A DNA stretch of 64,000 nt from Schmidtea polychroa (lineage: Eukaryota), in contig CM097885.1 in the NCBI GenBank assembly GCA_044892525.1, positions 217,372,001 to 217,436,000 of the forward strand, written 5' to 3'. This document shows, piece after piece, positions 40,101 through 52,929 of this stretch (position 1 is the first letter of the stretch; each line of letters starts with the position of its first letter). The notes under the pieces were generated by a model that was not told the DNA's origin, did not search any database, and worked only from the letters and a program-made list of their open reading frames with translations. Made by a program: the position numbers and the translations under genes.

Positions 40101-43100
40101 GAATATTTGGTAACTTTAAATATATTATAATTTATATCTATATGAAATTCTGTAGTAATAAAAATTTACTATTAATTACAAAGCAAAAACACCAAATAAT
40201 AGAAATATATAAATCAGTGTCAACTGCTATATAGGGAAACCAACAATAATGCAATATGATATAATGAATTAATTAATTAAATAATTTCAATAAATTCGTT
40301 AAGATGGAATATAAATTGTATGGAATTTTATGTACATGTAAGATTATATTTATCTTCATTCTTTCAAACTATAGATCAATATATTAAGTAGAAAACAATA
40401 CATTGTTCCCTGATCTGAAAGAATAATGATCAAAATTGTAAATTGCAAATCAAAGAAAAATTTTAATGACAATTTGTATTTTTGAAAATTATCGAATTTT
40501 GAATACAATTTTTGATAAAATTTTTATTATAGAATTTTTTATCGCCGCTAGAAATATTTACCTCTCTCTTCGCAGCTGCTATTCATGATTATGATCATCA
40601 AGGAGTGACAAATAATTTCATTGTTGACAACAAGTAATTTCTTTATAATATTAATTGTTTCAGTACTTTGTCTTAAAAATTCTCGGTTTTTGTGTTTTAA
40701 TTTACTAGAAGTTAAAATCTATTCCCATTTTCTTCTTTACGAGACAATCTTATTTTTATTCGTCATATATTGTACAGTGCATATTTTATTGTTTGCCTAC
40801 AATCTTTTTGTAAAATTCTTTATCTTTTTCACTATTAATCTTTTTTTTCAATTTCATTTACCTTTATTTCTTTGTTTTAGATTATCGCTCAATATTTTAA
40901 GTTTAACTTGAACTTTCGGCACGTCCGTTTTTGAACATTTTAAAAATGGGAGTAAAAAAATTCACGTTAAAAGTAAAAAATATAGTGGTAATCGGTTATA
41001 GTTAAAGAATTGGTTATAATAAAAAGAAAATAAAATCCATGTAAAAATCATTTATAATTTTTTCAAAATCACCCATAAATGAAAAGCAAAAGAAAAAGTA
41101 TTAGTATTGAAAAGTTAAATATCATTCACGAGGTCGAAAATAGCACTTAAAAGTGAAGCAGCAAGAAAATATGGCATCAGCAGTTAAGTCAGTAATGAAG
41201 AATAAATCAAAAATCATCTTACAATCTAAACACAACAACAAAAGATCGAAAATACGATACTGGTGCTATAAAAACGTAGAAGATACATTATTTATTTGGT
41301 TCAATGAGAAGAGAAATCAAAGTATTCCAATATCATCAGAACTATTATCAATGCAAGCTGAGAATATGGCAGTTGCAATGGGCATCAATGATTTCAGGTG
41401 TAATCCCAGCTGGGGTCAAAGATTTCGGTCACGTTATAACATAGTCCTTGGTGTAGTTTCTGTCGATTCTGAACATGCCGATACAACTTCTGCTCGTAAT
41501 TGGGTGGGAAATACGTGGCCAATGTGTAGTGCAGGTTATCAAGCAAACGTTTTTAACGGAGATGAAACGGGGCTTTTTTATAAAATGTTGTCAAATATAA
41601 CATTAAAGTTTAAGGGAAAGAAGTATTTCAGGGGAAAATTATCGAAAGAGAGACTGACAATTTTTGTACGCGTCAATGCACTAGGTGAAAAGAAAGAACT
41701 TGTGATAATTGAAAAGCTAAAAATCCAAGATGTTTAAAAAATGTGCACAGTTTACCAATTAAATATTTTAGCAATAAGAAATCTTGGATGACATCGTGTT
41801 CTTATATCTTGGGATTTTGAGCTGGTTAGTAAGAACAGGAAAATTCTATTACTTGCAGATAATTGTTCCTATTATCCTGATATTCAAAATAAACTAAAAA
41901 ACATTAAAATAGTCCAGCTACCTCCGAATTTAACGAGTATTCTACAACCAATGGACCAATGGTGATAAGAAACTAAAAGATTTTTTATAGGAAATTAATT
42001 CCATTGAAAAAGGAATGAAGTTCAAAACAACTATCATGGATGCAATTTTAAATATTAACAGGGCTTGAAAATCATAACCTGTGAATATATTTAGAAGTTT
42101 TTTGATAAAGCTGGAATTTTAATAAACAATATTGATGATGTGGCAAATGAGAATGAGATGCCACAATCTCAGGAAATTGATCCCCAACTTGTTGATTTCT
42201 TTGATATAGATAATGATTTATCTTGTCACGGAACATTAAATGATGATGAAATTACCTAGGAAGTTGCATTTCAGAGGGATGAAGTTGAATATTGTAATGA
42301 TTTGGACCGGGAGGAAGATAAAGTAGTGAATGAACATGAAATTCTAATGTTTTTGCAGGATATTGAACGATATTTAATTGTTAATGATGCTTTAAGTTTA
42401 CCAATTGTTGATTCTTTAGACGTCCTTAAAGCATATTTTGAAAGAAAACTTTTCAAATCAAAGTCGGTCCAGAAAAGAAAAAAAGGATTATCTCAAATAA
42501 AATTCATGGTTAATAATATTGTTGTGTTTTTATAGACCTAGTAAATGTCTGCTTTACGATTACTATTCTGTAATATTGAATTTAATTTTTTATACTCTAA
42601 TATTGTAATACAAAATATAACATTGTGTTGTTATTTCATATTTATGTTAAATCGGTTATATAGCCGGTTTCCACTGTATTGATCAATAGTCTAAGAAAAG
42701 AAATAAAACCTTTTCATTCATATAAATATTTGTGATAAATATTCTTTTATTTCAACCAAGAAAGGTCTTATATAAAATATTACTTAAAAATACATATGTT
42801 TCAGTTACTTTATTGTTAAGTAGTGAATGAATCCGTTTTCTATTGCTTTATAATTTTATTCAATTGCTTTATAAAAGAGTTCTGTTTTTTTTAATAACCG
42901 TCGAAATTTATTTGAACGAATTTTCAGTTTAATAAAAATTTAACTATAATTAGTTTTTTTTCAGTTTAACAATATACTATTTTTTTTAATATTTTAATAA
43001 TTTTTTTATATTTTTTAATTAAATTTTAATTATTAAATTTAACAGAATTAAAAATTTCCCCCTGGGTGGAAATTTTTAATTCTGATCTATTATTTTTACC

Positions 43101-46100
43101 AATTGAAAGGCTTCGTTGGTTTAAAAGAAGTTTTAACATTTAACAGAAACTTCCAGATTTTTAAAATTAAAATTTTCAAAGTTATTATAAATTAATATTA
43201 ACTAAAATATATGTTTTAGATATCAATTAGCTATGACATATAATGATTCCTCCGTCCAAGAAAATCATCACGTCAGTGCTGCTTTTAAGTTAATGAAAAA
43301 GCCATTTCTAAACATCGTCTCTGGATTGTCAACAGCACAATTTAAGTTTGACATTAATTCATATATTATATAACAGCGCTGCCCAACTAACGGCCCGCGA
43401 ACAAAAACAATTTTTGACGTAATTTTTTAATAAATATCTGCAATTCATCTAAATTTTTATATATCAAATTCTGTGTCAAAATACCATCTTCACATTATCA
43501 AAGATACTAAGTGTTCTAAGAAAACGGACATAACATTTTTAAAAATTATAATTAAGAAATACGACCAGTTTCCCGTTCAAGTGTCTCTTAAATTAACGTT
43601 AGTGATAGTACGGATTCAATGGTGTTATGACCAAATAGTAAGACACTGTATGTTGTCAAACCTTTATCATTACCCACTCTTCAAGTCTATCTTGCTATTT
43701 TATAAAGTGTCTGTTGTTCGATCACGTAATAATTAACAAAATTTAGCATTTATTGATAGATTAAATTATTCAATAAATATGACTTCTAATAACAAAAGAA
43801 AACACAATTCTCAAAATAGAGAGTTTCAAGATCGCTGGGAGTTCGATTGTTTATTTATTATCAATAAAGGAAAACCACAGTGTTTGGAATGTTTACAAGC
43901 CGTAGCCGTGTGTAAAGAATACAAAATAAAGCGTCATTACGTTTCAATGCATGAAAAAAATATTTTTCATGCACAGGAGATGCAAGAGAAGCACAAGTAA
44001 ACATATTGAAAAAACAGCGGAATTATCAAACTAATTTATTTAACAATGTAACAAAATCCCAAGAAGCATCAGTAGCAGCATCGTTTGAAGTTTGCAAAGA
44101 AATAGCAAAAGCAAATTAATAAAAGCCTGTGCTATAAAAATGGTTAAAGTTTTTGATAACGAAGATCTTGCAAAAAAATTCAATCCGTTTCACGTTCACG
44201 TCAGACTGTAACTCGATGTATAGAAGAGATCGGTGTACATATAACCAATAAATTAAAAAATTAAGTAAACGATGCAGGTATTTTTCTGTAGCTTTGGATG
44301 AAAACACAGATATTTCTGATACAAGTCAAATGCTTGTTTTTATAAAAAGTGTAAATGAAGATTAAAGGGTATAAGTATACAATAGGGGGGCCNNNNNNNN
44401 NNNNNNNNNNNNNNNNNNNNNNNNNNNNNNNNNNNNNNNNNNNNNNNNNNNNNNNNNNNNNNNNNNNNNNNNNNNNNNNNNNNNNNNNNNNNNNNNNNNN
44501 NNNNNNNNNNNNNNNNNNNNNNNNNNNNNNNNNNNNNNNNNNNNNCTTTAGCTAGACTGGGACCGTATGTACACCAGTGGGTGAATCACTTGGAACACTT
44601 TATTGATCCCCTAACCGGCGTTAACACCAATGGAATAGAAGGTTCGTGGGCCTTATGTAAAAGGAAATTTAAGTATATGTTTGGGACTAGATGTAGCTTC
44701 ATTCCTTCGTACTTAGATGAATTCATGTGGAGAAGAAGATTTTGTCGAAATGAGCGTGCGTTTGATGTATTAATCAATCAAATACGTGAAAAATATGATT
44801 TTGGTGGTGTGTAATACCAAGTAAATATAAACGTAACTATGTTTTAATTACTTTAATATATTTAAATATTTATATCTATATATCTTTATTTATAAAAAAG
44901 TGGCCCCCCTATTGTATACTTATACCGATTAAAGCTGTTCAGAAGAGCTCTTACATTTGCGATCATTACACGGAACAACAAAATGTGAAGATATTTACAA
45001 GGAAGTAAAATGTGTAGTAACCCAGTATGGCGGATTTGATAAATGCACTGCTATTGTAATTGATGGCGCCAGAGCTGACAGGCAAAAATATCGGGCTTGT
45101 GGGACTCATAGAAAAAGAAGGAGTCAATTGTGAAATGTTTCACTGTATTGTGCACCAGGAGTCATTATGTGGAAATTCGATGCAACTAAAAGACATAATG
45201 GACAAGGTTGTCAAAATTACAAATTTAATTCGTGGAAGAAATCGATCTCTTACGCATAAAAAGTTTAAAACTTTATCAACATGTTACATGATTTAGAAAC
45301 AAGCTTAAGTTATTTAAGTCGACTTTACAAAAGTCGAATTTCAAATCTTGCAGAGAATGTCACAAAGAAATGAAGGATTTGAGCATTGTAGTGAACTTTG
45401 AAAAATTTGTGCCCAAACTAAATATCCTAATTGAAGATTTTAATACAAGATTTAAACAATTCGATGACTTCAAAGGCAGTATAAATTTATTCTGCGATCC
45501 ATTAAAAATTAATATTGATTTGGTAGATCCCAAATATCAATTGGAATTATGTGACCTTCAGACTGACCCCTTTATTATATCCAGTGGAACGACTGGAATA
45601 GAATTGTTTAAACTTTTGGAGAAAGAAAAATATCCAAAATTGAAGGATTTTGAGCTTCAAATTATTTCTATGTTTGGGATAACATACATTTGCGAGCGTG
45701 CATTCTCCGACATGAAATATATAAAGTCAAAATATAGAAATTCCATGAATGATTCCACCCTTGAACACTTGATTCGACTTGCAACGACTAACATTGATAC
45801 GTATATAAAAGAACTTGTTGCCCAACAAATAAAACCACAATGCTTTCAATAAAATTAAATTTAAATATTTTTTATTATTAATAAGTCACGTATTATTTTT
45901 TACTGTATTTTCTTCGTATAAACAAAATTATTCTTTTATATTGATTTTTTAATTGTTTATCTTTTTAGTCCGAAATCTTTGTAACATAAATTATATGGCC
46001 CGCTGACCACGAGAAGTTGGGCAGCGCTGTTATTTAATATTGCTATATATTACCACCGTTTAATAGTCTTCTTCTTGATAAGAATTGTATTAATTACAAC

Positions 46101-49100
46101 TAAATGAAAATAAGAATATTCACACAAATTAATCATAATAATCGTAATCATATTGTATCAAACTAAAAATTATTTTAATCGAATTTTTATTTTTTTTTGA
46201 AAATAAAAACATTTTTTAAAATCATATAAAAATTATTTAAAAAAAAAATAAAGCTTAGTGTATCAATGAGAACTATGTCAGGAATAATGCAACCAATGTT
46301 GAGAATTTTGAAAAGCACTTTTGAATCGAAGGGGACGGAAAATTTGGAACTCACGATGAGGAAATTTTGCGAAAGTTATTTTGACGTGAATCTTATATAA
46401 ATATAAATTTTTCTTGTTATGTTAATGAAATTTGTGATGAGATTTTAAAAAGTGCGAAACGTATATAAGAGTTCGCAAACTATTCAAAAAAATATTACAT
46501 TATCTTTTTTTAAAAAAAAAGACTCCACCCGAGGAGTATGCGTGCGCATACTCAGGGGATGGGAGACGACATGCATGAGGAGACATTTAAATATTCTTTT
46601 ATATAAGTTAAATTTTGAATTTTTCATAAAAATAATTGTAGTAGGCATAGTGAGAGAGCAACTATACCATTTTAAACATTTAAGAATATTTCATTTTTGC
46701 GTAGCGTAGAATAAAACGAGGAAAAGATGATAATGAAATTTCATCTATAATAATAACAAATAAACCAGTAAATAGTCAAGCTTCTACTTCGAATATTTCA
46801 AGTATTTTTAAAAGTCAAGTGGATGATTCATTTCCTGCTGTTGTCTCTCGGCTGATTGCACGTTATGGTTTACATTCAGTAAAATTTGCACTTCCTATGA
46901 TTTGCAGAAATTCTTGACGAATAAGTATAAAAATGTTCCAAGTTCTTCAAACACAGTTCGAGAAATCGTTTTAAAATACGGTGAAAAAATTTGCTATGAG
47001 GTTATAAAGCATATTTCAAAACACAAAATTGCAAAAAAGTGGGTCAGTCTTACCTTCGACGAGTGGGCATCTATTAGCAATCGGCACTATAGAAATATAA
47101 ATATTCATGCAGCTGACAATTTTTGGAATATTGATTTAACGCGTGTTTCTGGACATCTACTAGCAGAAAACTGTATTACATTGTTGAAAAAAGAAATCGA
47201 AGAATTGAACATATGTTTCGAAGATTTTATTGCTATGACCATGTATGGAGCTTCAATTATGCAAAAGGTAGCTAGAGACATCCAAATAATTCACCAATTA
47301 TGCATGATCCATGGCATACAATTGGCCGTTATAAAAATACTTTATAACAATATTAGTTTTTCCTAGTATAAAAAGGAACACATAAATGAAGATACACCAT
47401 AAATATTTGATTCGAATGCGGAAGAAGACGATAATGAATACGCCGAAGGTGTTAATATCTATGGTAGCACTGTAATAAATTCATATGGATTGGAAACTAA
47501 TCAGATTCGATACGCCGATTTGTGACCGCTAGTGACAAAAATACGAAAAGTAATAAAATTATTTCGAAGATCGTCAACCAAAAATGATGCCATATTCCAG
47601 AAGAATTTTGTAAAAAACGTAGCTTAATTTTAATTCCCACACTAGAATGAACAGTTTGCTGTCAATGTTGGAGAAGTTCTCTGAAATAAAGCTTTGTGTA
47701 AGAAAAAACCTAATTGATTTAATATCTGACATTACACTTTCTGTAAATTATGTTGCAAAAATATGGTAGATGTAACTCTTAATTTCATGCTTAACGAGAT
47801 AAGCGTGCAAAACACAATTATGAGTAATTGTAAATTGTAAAAAGAGAAATTTGGTTTTTGAAGGAATTAAGGGAAAATATTTAATGACGGCTTTAGAAAG
47901 TCTAAAATCTATTCGGCCAGCAAATGTGGATTCCGAAAGAGTGTTTTCTACAGCTGGAATGTTTTGTACAAAAATAAGGTCAAATATTTGGACGACAAAA
48001 CCCTAGACATATTATTAAACGCTTATTTCATTGAAAATAAGTAAAATAAGACCCTTGGAAATAAAATATGGTTATTGAATTTAATATCAATATTGTTTTA
48101 CTGAATATATTGTTTTATTTAATCATCTTTATATTGTAACACATATTTCCTTCTATTATTGTATTTCTTTTTTTTAATACCGGTATTCATAAAAACTAAT
48201 ACCGCAATACTGATATTGAAAAATCCCCTATTTTTGCAAATCCTAGTTAAAACCCTTTTATCACTGTAAGTTCCTGAGACAAAGCGTGAGTCCAGCGAAA
48301 AGAAATTCCCTACAGAAACGAGTTCTAGGAAGGTGAGATCTGTAACATTAATAAAATTTATTAAAAAACCTGTTTATTTAAACAAATTGTCTTCGTATAT
48401 AAATTACAAATTTCATTTTCTTCAATTGATGGTTTTCGATATCTATAAAATAAAAATAAATTCTTTTATAAATTTTTTTAATAATATTATCATATAATTT
48501 AGTGAATTTCGGTCGCTCTGTATCAAAATGGTTTTAGCAACTGATATGTGCCAACATTTCCTCCAAATAAAAAAATTCAACAGCCATGTTCAGGCAAAAG
48601 AACAGTAAGAAAATATTTTTGGAAACTTTAAATGGACTATTTTGTATTAAACTTTTCTGATATTTATATTATAATTTTGAGAGAACTTTGCTATTTTCAA
48701 AGTTTTCTAAATCATAAATTGAAAAAACATAGTTAAAGGATTTTATTGAGTTGCCTTGTAACAAGGAACATTTACAATCTTCCCGCACACATTTTTCAGA
48801 ACCATTTCGAAGGAATTTTATTCTTTTCCCAAAAGAAATGTCAAGCTTCACTTTCTATATATTTTCCTGATTCAATTTTCGATTCTAACAATCAGCAATT
48901 CATACAACTTTTTTAGTTTCTTTTTTTTTCGTTTGTACAATATTCTGTAAAATTACCTATTTTTTTCTTTCTAGTTTCTTTAGAATTTTCAATTCGTTGA
49001 TTTTCAAAACTAAGGTTTAGATCAGCTATGGCCAACCGGTAGCCCGCGAAGCGTTTTGATGTGGCCCGGACACAATTTTAAACATCAAATCAATAATTGT

Positions 49101-52100
49101 CTTTTTTAGAATTCATATTCGAATTAAGCATGTTTTTAATTTAAAAAATTGATTCTAAGTTTACTTGAATTGTAAAAACGAGTTATATTTATTTAAATGA
49201 ATTTATTGTGGCCCGTGATAGTATTTTTCCGAAAATTTGGCCCTTCGATTGATTTGGGTTGGTCACCACTGGTTTAGATGATATTCAAATTCTTTAATGA
49301 ACAAATCTTCACAACAAAGCGACAAAAATCAAATTTAACCAAGTTTCATGGAAAACAATAAATACAAATACTAAATTTTTTAACTTTGTATTAATTTGAT
49401 CGCCATTTGAATAAATGGATTTAAGTAAAATTGCTGGATCTTGGATCACTGCATTTTCGTTTTCCCTTTTGTTGTACATTGTGATTAGAGCTTGACCCTT
49501 TACCTTTATTAAGATTATTCGATATATTATTCCACAGACGAGAAATGGAAACTATTAATATTACATTTTTTATATTCTATTAAACTATTTTAATCAGATG
49601 ACATAAACGTACTTTTATCTAAAAATAATTATCAACCGGTTCGGTATTTTGATAAACCTGTCTACGTGTTTTTTTAATGATTACCTTAAAATGTGAACGA
49701 TAACTTAATTTTACCCTTGAGGCCATAAAAACTTTTAATGGACTAAAGATGCTTAATATTAAATTAATTATAACATTTAGAATCAATTTTTAATTAATTA
49801 ACTATTTAAAATTAGTTAGTTGTAAGGTGGGGCTAAAGCGCCTTTTGATAAACAACAAATACATCAATGTAATATACACGAAATATTAATTAGAAATTCT
49901 ATTTCTGCTAATATTATGCAAATTTAATGAAGAGCCTCTTGAAAAACTACATTGTTTGTGAATTGTCTCTGGTCATTCAATAATCTTCCTTGCTGTGGAT
50001 TCGATTCAATATAAACCTTCACTTCACCAGCAATTCTTGATAGCGATAAAGCCACATACAGTTGGTCATGTGAAAATACTGGGGTCTCCAAATTGATGCC
50101 AACTTGATCAAATAACCAAGATTGATCGCAATAAACAAAATAAAATTTTTTGAAAAAAATCTAAAATCCAAAAAATATTCATATATATAAATTATATTAG
50201 CGTTACACAGCCAGTGATGAATAAGTGATGAATATATTTCATATACTTCGATCGATGGAAGATATTAATACTAATTATGTGAAGAGTGTGTTGAGTTCGA
50301 GTATGATGTAGTATATCGATAAAAACATAAAGCATAATATTAACATTTTTCTGTATTAAAAAATTTAGCTAAGAAAAACATCAATATATGCAAGTTTGAC
50401 ATAGGAAATAGATGGGTAATTCTTGACCGTGATTTTTTTTGTGAAAAATAATTGTAAAAAAAACGATTGTGAAGAATAATTATTGGAGAAGAGTTGAAGA
50501 AAAGAATTAGTTGAAAAATAAAACGAAAAGAAGTTGCTTGAGTATTTGAATAAATTTGTGAAGAAGGTCAAAGAAAACAACCAGCTCAAAGTCCCAGTTG
50601 ATAAACCATTCAGTAATTTGTGATCTTTTAATCTGGTGGTATACGCAAGTGCTATTCCTCACTGAGTGTTGTAATAAGCATTGTATAGTCACCAAGTAGA
50701 GTGTTGAATTGATTGTCAGTGTAAAGTGAAAGTTATTTGTGATTATCAATAAAGATTTCTGTTGTCAAGTGTTATTTTGGGATCAGTCAAAAACACGCTT
50801 GGAGTCAGAGTAACATTTAACTTTATCACCAACTCAATAACCTAACACTATGATAAATCTCTTCTCCCAATGGGACCACGACCAGCAAATATAAAGCTCT
50901 AGAGATGGGAAGATAAGCAAGCAGTTAGGGAATTTTAACTATATGATTGTGTCAAATTCATGTAAAGTACGCAATATGTTTATTAATGAGTCTGAAACTC
51001 TGATTGGATTGTGTTCTGATATTGTTTATCAGTTTTCGTGTAATGGGTATAATGCCACATACATTGAAAATACTTCCAGTCATCTCTGTATTCGAGCTCG
51101 ACAACAACATAGATTGAAGGCATTGACCAATATTAGTGAGCACAATAAGGACTGTAAGAAAAAAATAGATATGTCTGATTTTAAAATTTTATTTAAAAAT
51201 TTAAATAATTATTGGGAACATGTAATTTGTGAAGCGTTATTGATAAAGTCATTGGATCCGAAAATTAACATGCAAAATGCAGTTAATTGTGTTTTAAATG
51301 TTTTTAAATAGTTTTTTTGTATAATGTATGTATGGATTGTTATTGTTAAATTAAAAAATTATTAAATTATTAAATTAAATAATTTTGAATTTCTATATTT
51401 TAAAATTTTATTTTTGATTGCTATAATTTACAAAAAATCATTTGAAAAAGGCAGTGCCGAAAATTCGCGAATATCAGAAAAAACATCGATATCTTTACTG
51501 ATTCATAGTCAAGTTTTTTAATAAATAAAACAATTTATTATTTGAATTATAATTTTTATAATTATTAAAGAATAAAATATTTTTATTAAAAATTTGATAT
51601 AATTAATATAATTAATAAATTTATTCAAAAATCTATAATATATATATAGTTATTATATCCTACCTGTTGATAACAGGAAAATTACTAAATTAAATTTTAT
51701 ACATATTTATATTATCTAATATTTGTATTAATTTAGCAATGTTAAAAAAATATCTAAATTCATTAAAATGAAAACTGTTTAAATATTTCATTTGACAACA
51801 ATCAGTTTTCGAAATGAGAAATAATAAACATGACATCTTTAATGTCTACACAGACAATAAACAAACAATGCTTATTTCATATTTATCTTTTGGTTTCACT
51901 TTTGATTTTATTTTAATTCAATAATTTTTATATTAATTTTTGTAAGATTATCGTTCGAAACAATAAATAAGATACACAATATTTGGGCACAGCCTTTATC
52001 AAGTGTGCTTATTTCAATTATTTTAATTCCTTTTTACATAAATATTATCCAAGTCCAAATTATGAACCTTTAAATGCTTTGTATATTTCGTTCCGAAACT

Positions 52101-52929
52101 TCGAATGACAATCATTTGCATATTTTGTTAATGGATTGTTTACTTATTCATATTTGAATTTTGAAAGCGTATAGTCCAGGACCATTGACCTATTCGGAGA
52201 TCATAAAATCTTCAGCAACCAGTTCAACCGTATAAGAATATACTGGCTATTAACATGTCCATCGGAAAGTATTAGACTTTATGTTTATGGTTCAGTTTTT
52301 ATTTACAATGAGATTGAATAAAACTTTTCAAAAGAGCTAAATTGCTTTGAAAATTTAAATTTAATAAATTAATTGGAAGGGAAATTACAAATGGCTTTAG
52401 AACTTGAAAAAGTACTTAAAACACTCTAATTGAAATTAATGAAAACCTCACTAGTATGTATATAGAATAGGCCGCCAGTTCCATAAATTCGTATTCTACT
52501 TATGGTTGTGCAATTAATAAAGTTATCCAGAGTCAATAAAAACCAACTTAAGACCCACGATATATAAAATATAATCACTAGAGTTAATAATTATTTCAAA
52601 AATTTAATTTCTTTGAATAATTTCCTGGATTTATAATAGTACTCACTTGTTCAATTAGGTTTATATTTTTCAGAATTAAAGTTCCCGAATATCTAGCAGT
52701 TTTGTTACACACTGCCGATCTTTCTAATCCAGCTAAGGAATGGAAAACCCACTTAAGATGGGTTATACATATATTTTGTGAATTCTTTTCTCAAGTAAAT
52801 ATTAAAAATTTTAAGTCTTTACTTTTATTATTTACTCTTTATCTAAGGGTGACCGTGAAAAGGCACTGGGGTTGCCAATTTCTCCTTTGTGTGATCGACA
52901 TGCAATTCACATTCATCAAAGTCAAATCG
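31189..52929 (+). CDS. PDE1: PDE1-like 3',5'-cyclic nucleotide phosphodiesterase, N-terminal and catalytic exons
   Basis: Phase-consistent GT-AG exons: 31189-31328, 31367-31477, 31526-31687 (VPKEVQDWIQYTF, like PDE1 VPSEVRDWLASTF), 35592-35664, 36921-37037, 37085-37225 (NPYHNILHGADV), 40533-40633 (AAAIHDYDHQGVTNNF), 43220-43345 (YNDSSVQENHH), 48503-48604 (MVLATDM), 52674-52794 (LHTADLSNPAK..RW..EFFSQ) and 52848-52929 (GDREKALGLPISPLCDR..QSQI). A likely non-coding exon ends at the 31052/31053 donor. Confidence 0.93.
33080..35000 (+). mobile_element. Heavily decayed Ty3/Gypsy pol, same compact family as 20019-23352
   Basis: Protease VLVDSG (33153-), IENPDFCASFEGGKW, LQLHVDESL, GCGLSSASKIM, HYIDDI (~34000) and integrase WKRIAID..RGPVDEISCDN..SGNGIVELNHRTLK. 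No LTRs found. Confidence 0.85.
35293..35413. mobile_element. 121-bp hAT MITE
   Basis: TIRs CAGTGTTACTCAACC / CAGCGTTTATCAACC. Perfect TSD CATTATAG (35285-35292, 35414-35421). Confidence 0.88.
37903..38127. mobile_element. piggyBac-type MITE (225 bp)
   Basis: TTAA on both sides (37899-37902, 38128-38131). TIR CC(A/C)TTTGCGGTCC. Confidence 0.85.
40983..42676 (+). mobile_element. Tigger/pogo element with decayed CENP-B-HTH/DDE_1 transposase
   Basis: ORF 41153-41737 (VEDTLFIWF..RNQSIPIS..W.QRFRSRYNI..FNGDETGLFYKML..GKLSKERLT), continuing to LPPNLTSILQPMDQ. Degenerate TIRs TAGTGGTAATCGGTTATA / CAGTGGAAACCGGCTATA with TA flanks. Confidence 0.88.
43374..46029 (+). mobile_element. hAT (SPIN/GTF2IRD2-like, Buster group) transposon, decayed
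   Basis: Perfect 15-bp TIR CAGCGCTGCCCAACT. TSD TTATATAA/TTATTTAA. Transposase pieces 43779-44360 (PQCLECLQAVAVCKEYKIKRHY; FSVALDENTD), 44935-45296 and 45370-45852 (FGITYICERAFS). Confidence 0.93.
44368..44926 (+). mobile_element. Merlin (IS1016/ISXO2-like) DNA transposon nested in the hAT
   Basis: 25-bp perfect TIR GGTATAAGTATACAATAGGGGGGCC. 8-bp TSD GATTAAAG (44360-67, 44927-34). ORF 44581-44814 VNHLEHFIDPLTGVNTNGIEGSWALCK..SYLDEFMWRR. Internal N-gap. Confidence 0.92.
46700..48245 (+). pseudogene. Decayed hAT transposase (Ac/ZBED-like)
   Basis: SLTFDEWASISNRHY.NINIH, HQLCMIHGIQLAV and the C-terminal SIRPANVDSERVFSTAGMFCTKIRS. Possible right end TTTTGCAAATCCTA (~48232-48245); left end not found. 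Confidence 0.82.
49023..49271 (-). mobile_element. 249-bp hAT MITE, copy 2 (inverted relative to 29342-29590)
   Basis: Perfect TSD GTTTAGAT (49015-22, 49272-79). Roughly 94-95% identical by eye to the reverse complement of copy 1. Confidence 0.93.
49812..50110 (-). mobile_element. Helitron 3' remnant (RepHel helicase C-terminus plus 3' end)
   Basis: DQVGINLETPVFSHDQLYVALS..TNNVVFQEAL* matches VFSHGQLYVALSR..T.NVVY.EVL. Followed by a weak GC hairpin AAGGCGCTTTAGCCCCACCTT and CTAA|T. Confidence 0.85.
50340..51530 (+). mobile_element. Penelope-like retroelement 3' part: GIY-YIG endonuclease and terminal repeat
   Basis: ORF 50943-51311: IVYQFSC..NATYI.NT..HL.IR..QH..ISEH..C..FKIL..ICEALLIKSLDPKINMQ (Penelope GIY-YIG pattern). 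Followed by an AT-rich UTR and the repeated terminal motif with AATAAA (51484-51526). Confidence 0.88.

Noticed and set aside
48260-48332. Exon-like segment ending in AAG|GTGAGA inside a PDE intron
   Set aside because: Phases do not fit between exons 43345 and 48503; no homology.
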